A stretch of DNA of 64,000 nt from an uncultured Verrucomicrobiae bacterium (GTDB lineage Bacteria > Verrucomicrobiota > Verrucomicrobiia > Chthoniobacterales > Chthoniobacteraceae): the NCBI GenBank assembly GCA_963836755.1, contig CAWIKF010000002.1:2016001-2080000 (forward strand). Reading direction: 5' to 3'. The notes beneath the pieces are model-generated. The model did no database searches. It saw nothing but the letters and a program-made list of their open reading frames with translations, and was not told the DNA's origin. Position numbers and translations under genes: made by a program. Below are positions 59,704 to 64,000 of the stretch, piece by piece (the stretch's first letter is position 1; each line of letters begins with the position of its first letter).

Positions 59704-60102
59704 ATGTTACAAAAATTAAACAACCGTCGCGGGGGCTTTACCCTCGTGGAAATCATGATCGTGGTCGCGATTATCGCCCTCTTGGCGGCAATCGCCGTGC
59801 CAAACTTCCTGCGTGCGCGCAAGCGCTCACAGGCCACACGCGTGCTCGAAGATCTCCGAATGCTCGATTCGGCCGTCGATCAATACGCGATTGAAACCAA
59901 CAAGCTAAGCGGGACCAACCCGACGTTCACGGATCTCAAGAACTACATCAAGGCCGGCACGGCGCTCTACACCACGGGCGTCGACATGTTCGGCAACAGC
60001 TTCGGCACTTTCACGGTGGACAGCCTGCCGAAAGTGCCTACCAGCACCTTCAACAACTTGTCCGACGTGGCGCCCGCCGCGTTCTGGTCGCCTTACAACT
60101 AA
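59704..60102 (+). CDS. pilA: Type IV pilin (probable major pilin)
   Basis: Prepilin site GG|FTLVE with E5 and P22; monocistronic with own promoter and terminator. Confidence 0.85.
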   Translation: MLQKLNNRRGGFTLVEIMIVVAIIALLAAIAVPNFLRARKRSQATRVLEDLRMLDSAVDQYAIETNKLSGTNPTFTDLKNYIKAGTALYTTGVDMFGNSFGTFTVDSLPKVPTSTFNNLSDVAPAAFWSPYN

Positions 60103-60120
60103 ACTTAGAACTGAAGCAGC

Positions 60121-60154
60121 AAAAAAAGCGCAGCCCGCAACGGCTGCGCTTTTT
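60121..60154 (+). terminator. Intrinsic terminator of the pilin gene
   Basis: aaaaagcgcagcc-cgcaac-ggctgcgcttttt. Confidence 0.9.
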
Positions 60155-60243
60155 TATTTTTGCTGCCGAGCGAGCAACTTTGATGCGCGAAATGCGGGCG
60201 CTCCGATTGACTTGCCGCTCGTCCCGCTGCTACTTTCAGCCTT

Positions 60244-61269
60244 GTGAAATCTTTCACAAAGCTCGAGTCCGAAGCAGTTCACGCCCCTCCCCCGATCAAG
60301 GCGGCCCTGGAACTCATCAACACCCAACTTTACAGCGTCGAAGAGCGCATCCGGCAGCAGGCTCGCGCATTTGATCCGGCCGTCGAAGGTTATGTCGCCT
60401 ACGCGTGCGAAAGCAGTGGAAAACGGCTGCGGCCCGCTCTGGCGCTGCTTTCCGGCGGAGCGACGGGCAACATTAACTCCAGTCATCTCGACCTCGCCGT
60501 CGTGCTCGAGCTGATCCACGCCGCTACGCTCGTCCATGACGACATCATGGACGGCGCGGATAAACGCCGTTCGCAGCCGACTGCCAATGCAAAGTGGGGC
60601 AACGCGATTTCCGTCCTTTTGGGCGACTGCCTTTTCGCGCACGCGCTGAAACTTTCCACCAACTTTCCGAACGGCGAAATCTCGCGTCGGATCGCAAGTG
60701 CCGCCGCGGATGTTTGCTCGGGAGAAATTCTCCAGACGCAGCGCCGCTTCGATCTCAAGCTCAGCATCGCCGACTACTATCGGATGATCGAAATGAAAAC
60801 CGCGGCGCTTTTCGCGGCGGCCACGGAGCTAGGCGCTTTTCTCAATGAGGCCACACCGGATGCGATTTCGGCGATGAGAATTTTCGGTCTCAAACTCGGG
60901 ACCGCTTATCAAATTTACGACGACTGCCTCGATATCGCAGGGACGGAATTGAGCGCCGGCAAAACACTCGGCTCCGATCTGCGCAAGGGCAAACTCACGC
61001 TTCCTATTTTGCATTTGCTCCAGAATGCGAGCACCGCGCAGCAGCACTTTTTCAGCGAGCAAATTCTCCGCGGCGAAGTCGAGGATGCCGAAGCTTTGAC
61101 CAAAGCCGCGCGCGACAGCGGTGCATTGGCCTCGGCGATTCGCGCAAGCAGAAAGTTACTGGCTGACGCGCGCGCGCAGCTGAAAGTTTTGCCCGCAAAC
61201 AAATATCGCGACGGGCTCAACGACGTCTGCGAATCGGTTGAGATCATGCTCACGCCGCTCGCAACGTAG
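60244..61269 (+). CDS. Polyprenyl diphosphate synthase (IspB-like)
   Basis: GKRLRP, LVHDDIMD..RR, KTA, YQIYDDCLD. Confidence 0.9.
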   Translation: MKSFTKLESEAVHAPPPIKAALELINTQLYSVEERIRQQARAFDPAVEGYVAYACESSGKRLRPALALLSGGATGNINSSHLDLAVVLELIHAATLVHDDIMDGADKRRSQPTANAKWGNAISVLLGDCLFAHALKLSTNFPNGEISRRIASAAADVCSGEILQTQRRFDLKLSIADYYRMIEMKTAALFAAATELGAFLNEATPDAISAMRIFGLKLGTAYQIYDDCLDIAGTELSAGKTLGSDLRKGKLTLPILHLLQNASTAQQHFFSEQILRGEVEDAEALTKAARDSGALASAIRASRKLLADARAQLKVLPANKYRDGLNDVCESVEIMLTPLAT

Positions 61270-61311
61270 TTTAAACTTTCGCGCGGCGCGCGCATCGCTT
61301 AAGCAAGGCGC

Positions 61312-62007
61312 ATGGCGTCGCTCACGATTCGCGAAATGCCCGCGGAAGATCGGCCGCGGGAAAAGCTCGCGACGCGCGGCGCTGGCGCACTGAGCGACAG
61401 CGAGCTGATCGCGATTTTGCTCCGCACCGGTCTGCCTGGCGCGAATGCCGTGGACGTCGCGCGCGAGCTTCTCACGCATTATAAATCGCTCGGCGCCCTC
61501 TCGCGCTGCACGGTCAAGGAGCTCGCGAAAATCAAAGGCATCGGCTTCGCAAAAGCCGTGCAGCTCGCCGCGGCGTTCGGCTTGGGAGCGCGGCTCGCGC
61601 GCGAAACTTTGACGCGATCGAAAATCGATACGCCCGAGCTGGTCTACGAATTGCTCGCGGCGGAAATGCGCGCGCTGCACAGGGAATCGCTGCGCGTCGT
61701 TCTGCTGGACACGCGTTATCATTTGTTGCGCATCGAGGAAATCGCGATCGGCAGCTTAAATGAAAGCATCGCGCATCCACGCGAAATTTTTCGCCCGGCG
61801 ATTCTTTACTCCGCCTTCGCGGTCATCGTCGCGCACAATCATCCATCTGGCGATCCGTCGCCGAGCGAAGCGGATCACCGGCTCACGCGGCGGCTCGCCG
61901 AGGCTGCGCAGCTTTTGCAAATCCAGTTACTCGACCACATCATCATCGGCGCGCCGGCCGATCATCGCGCGCCTTACTTTTCTTTCAAGGAAGCGGGCGT
62001 GCTTTGA
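61312..62007 (+). CDS. radC: RadC/JAB domain protein
   Basis: RPREKL, HPREIF, HNHPSGDPSPS, LDHIII. Confidence 0.93.
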   Translation: MASLTIREMPAEDRPREKLATRGAGALSDSELIAILLRTGLPGANAVDVARELLTHYKSLGALSRCTVKELAKIKGIGFAKAVQLAAAFGLGARLARETLTRSKIDTPELVYELLAAEMRALHRESLRVVLLDTRYHLLRIEEIAIGSLNESIAHPREIFRPAILYSAFAVIVAHNHPSGDPSPSEADHRLTRRLAEAAQLLQIQLLDHIIIGAPADHRAPYFSFKEAGVL

Positions 62008-62032
62008 AAAAAAACTCGCCGCATCTTCGCTC

Positions 62033-62845
62033 GTGAGTGTTCATCCGACGGCGATCATTCATCCCGATGCGCGGCTTGCAGACGATGTCGAAATCGGCCC
62101 ATTCGTTTGCATTGATGGCCCCGCGATCATCGGTGCGGGTTGCGTGATCCAAGCGCACGCGATTTTAAACGGACACGTCCTGCTCGGTGAAAAAAACCTT
62201 GTCGGCTACGGCGCCGTGATCGGCACGCCGCCGCAGGATTTGTCTTTTGATCCCAATCGAAACAGTAGCGTCGTCATTGGCAATCGCAACGTCATCCGCG
62301 AACTTTGCACCATTCATCGCGCGACGACGGAGGGCGCATCAACGCAGGTCGGCGACGACAATTTCCTCATGGCCGGCGCCCATCTCGGGCACGACGTGCG
62401 CATCGGAAACAACGTCATCATCGCGAACAACGCGCTGCTCGGCGGCCACGTCGAAGTGCAGGACCGCGTCTTCATCGGCGGCGGCTCCGTCTTTCATCAA
62501 TTCATCCGCATCGGCCGCCTCGCCATCGTGCAAGGCAGCAGCGCATTCAGCAAAGACATCCCGCCCTGCTCGCTCGCCGCGGAGCGCAACACGGTCGCGG
62601 GCCTCAACGTCATCGGCATGCGCCGTGCGGGATTCAGTGTGGCGCAGCGGCAGGAAATGAAGGACGCATTCAAGCTGCTTTATAAAAGCGGACTCAACAC
62701 GAGCCAGGCGCTCGCGCGCGCGTGCGAACGCGAGTGGGGCGAGGAAGGCCGCGCTTACTTTGCATTCGTCGCCGCCGCAAAAAAACGCGGCATCTGCGAT
62801 CTGCTCGAAAGCGCGCGCGGCTCGCGCGAAGCCGACGAGAAATAA
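62033..62845 (+). CDS. lpxA: Acyl-ACP--UDP-N-acetylglucosamine O-acyltransferase
   Basis: VHPTAII, hexapeptide repeats, PQDL, HLGHD, HQF.RIG, GLNVIG.RR; GTG start. Confidence 0.9.
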   Translation: MSVHPTAIIHPDARLADDVEIGPFVCIDGPAIIGAGCVIQAHAILNGHVLLGEKNLVGYGAVIGTPPQDLSFDPNRNSSVVIGNRNVIRELCTIHRATTEGASTQVGDDNFLMAGAHLGHDVRIGNNVIIANNALLGGHVEVQDRVFIGGGSVFHQFIRIGRLAIVQGSSAFSKDIPPCSLAAERNTVAGLNVIGMRRAGFSVAQRQEMKDAFKLLYKSGLNTSQALARACEREWGEEGRAYFAFVAAAKKRGICDLLESARGSREADEK

Positions 62846-62879
62846 AAAGCCGCGCTTCGTGAAAAGCGCGGCTTTAAAA
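62845..62879. terminator. Terminator between convergent lpxA and rpsU
   Basis: aaaagccgcgctt-cgtgaa-aagcgcggcttt. Confidence 0.8.
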
Positions 62880-62895
62880 GTTTTGCGGAAAAAAA

Positions 62896-63090
62896 TTACG
62901 GATTGAAGCGATGCTTCATCTTCGCGCGCTTCGCATTTGCCTTCGCTTTGCGGCGCACTTTCTGGATCGGCGTTTCAAACGCACGCAGCCGGCGGACTTC
63001 GTCCATCACGCCTTCGGCATCGAGTTTATTTTTCAAGCGCTTGAGCGCGCGATCGATCGGCTCACCTTTTCTGACAATTACTTCGGGCAT
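62896..63090 (-). CDS. rpsU: 30S ribosomal protein S21
   Basis: MPEVIVRKGEPIDRALKRLK...FETP. Confidence 0.92.
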   Translation of the reverse strand: MPEVIVRKGEPIDRALKRLKNKLDAEGVMDEVRRLRAFETPIQKVRRKAKANAKRAKMKHRFNP

Positions 63091-63142
63091 GGCTTTGTTT
63101 TCTATTTTTAAAAGTTCAGCAAAATTCGTCTAACGGACTCCT

Positions 63143-63171
63143 AGGCTAGGCGAGAGTGGCCTTGCAGTCAA
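63143..63171 (-). promoter_or_regulatory. Sigma70-type promoter of rpsU
   Basis: TTGACT-N17-TAGCCT. Confidence 0.6.
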
Positions 63172-63212
63172 TTCTCAGTTCGATAATTTACAAATGGCTG
63201 TAAACGTAAGAC

Positions 63213-64000
63213 TTACAATCCACCTTTCCGCGTCTCCGCAGCCTCCAGCTGCTCTGTGAGCCGATCTTTTACCCGCTCAAAATCCTTGCGCGTGATTCGC
63301 TGCAGAAAGTCGCGAGCCTCGCTCGTATGGCCCATTTTCAAGCTCACGCGCGCCAGATTTGTGTAAGCGAAATCTTTGTCCGGGCTGATCTCGAGAAAGT
63401 GTTTCCACGCCTGCTGTGCGAGCAGCCAGTCGGGCGCATGGACGGTGTAAAATGCATCCGCGTAAGCTTTCGCGAACTCGATGTTGAACGGCTCGAGGTT
63501 TGCGGCCGTGTGAAATTCCTCCATCGCGCGCAATGCGACCGCGTCGTCGCTCGGCATTTGCACGTCGATTAAAGCATGGCGGAAAAGGTAAAGCGCGTTA
63601 CCGAGATCGAAATGATGCCGCGCATTTTTTGGCGCGAGTTCCGAAGCGCGCATGAGATAGCTGACGGCTTTTTTCACGTCGCCAAAGGTCAAATATGCGT
63701 CGCCAAGCCGAAATGCGATGGCGTCATTTTTTGGATCAATGTTTTCGCCGGCGAACCATTGCTCGAGCGCCTGGGCACGCTGGTCGCTCTGCCAAAGAAA
63801 AGCGCCGTAAGCTTCGCGGACGTTTGGGTCGCGCGGGTATTTTTGCACGAGCGCCGCGTAAACTTCCCCGACTTTTTGCAGCGTTGCCAAATCTGCTGGC
63901 GAATGTGCGGAACCTTGAAAACGCGTCGCGGCCGCATTTTCAAGCAACTGCGCCGCCCGCAAATCATCGGTTGCGGAATCGGCATACGCGACGGCTGACA
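63213..64000 (-). CDS. Secreted TPR-repeat protein (start outside window)
   Basis: Frame open to the window edge (SAVAYADS...); TPR-like helices AFRLGDAY, HFDLGNALY. Confidence 0.75.
   Translation of the reverse strand, partial: SAVAYADSATDDLRAAQLLENAAATRFQGSAHSPADLATLQKVGEVYAALVQKYPRDPNVREAYGAFLWQSDQRAQALEQWFAGENIDPKNDAIAFRLGDAYLTFGDVKKAVSYLMRASELAPKNARHHFDLGNALYLFRHALIDVQMPSDDAVALRAMEEFHTAANLEPFNIEFAKAYADAFYTVHAPDWLLAQQAWKHFLEISPDKDFAYTNLARVSLKMGHTSEARDFLQRITRKDFERVKDRLTEQLEAAETRKGGL

Noticed and set aside
59704..60102. Aromatic-rich pilin as an electrically conductive pilin
   Set aside because: F1, F24 and Y50 are present but position 27 is Ala; aromatic content alone is weak evidence
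61312..62007. radC as a marker of a mobile element
   Set aside because: Full-length chromosomal type with N-terminal HhH region among housekeeping genes; no integrase or att sites

Overview
GC-rich bacterial chromosome segment. The proteins and gene order resemble Verrucomicrobiota (Chthoniobacterales-like); this is an inference. Most of it is housekeeping and envelope genes: tatA, nfeD, degP, kamA-family, pnp, rpsO, pilC, miaB, ctpA, tsaD, tatC, argH, fur, tgt, a type IV pilin, an ispB-like gene, radC, lpxA and rpsU. A large surface-glycan region spans about 29.7-58 kb and includes a lower-GC cassette at about 36.2-49 kb. The most notable observations are: (1) a set of sigma54-type -24/-12 motifs in front of pilC, pilA, a wecA-like/O-antigen-ligase operon and both members of a tandem phosphopantetheinyl transferase pair, suggesting one pilus + glycan + PPTase programme; (2) an O-antigen-ligase/TPR/esterase fusion; (3) a degenerate PPTase next to an intact one; (4) a pseudokinase-coiled-coil-FGE protein heading the glycan export genes; (5) a GT2-GtrA-GT-C fusion; (6) a decayed SGNH gene beside a REP-like palindromic element; (7) a heptamer-repeat hairpin in the pnp leader. 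No rRNA, tRNA, CRISPR array or transposase was recognised. All calls are by-eye motif recognition; no database searches were run.
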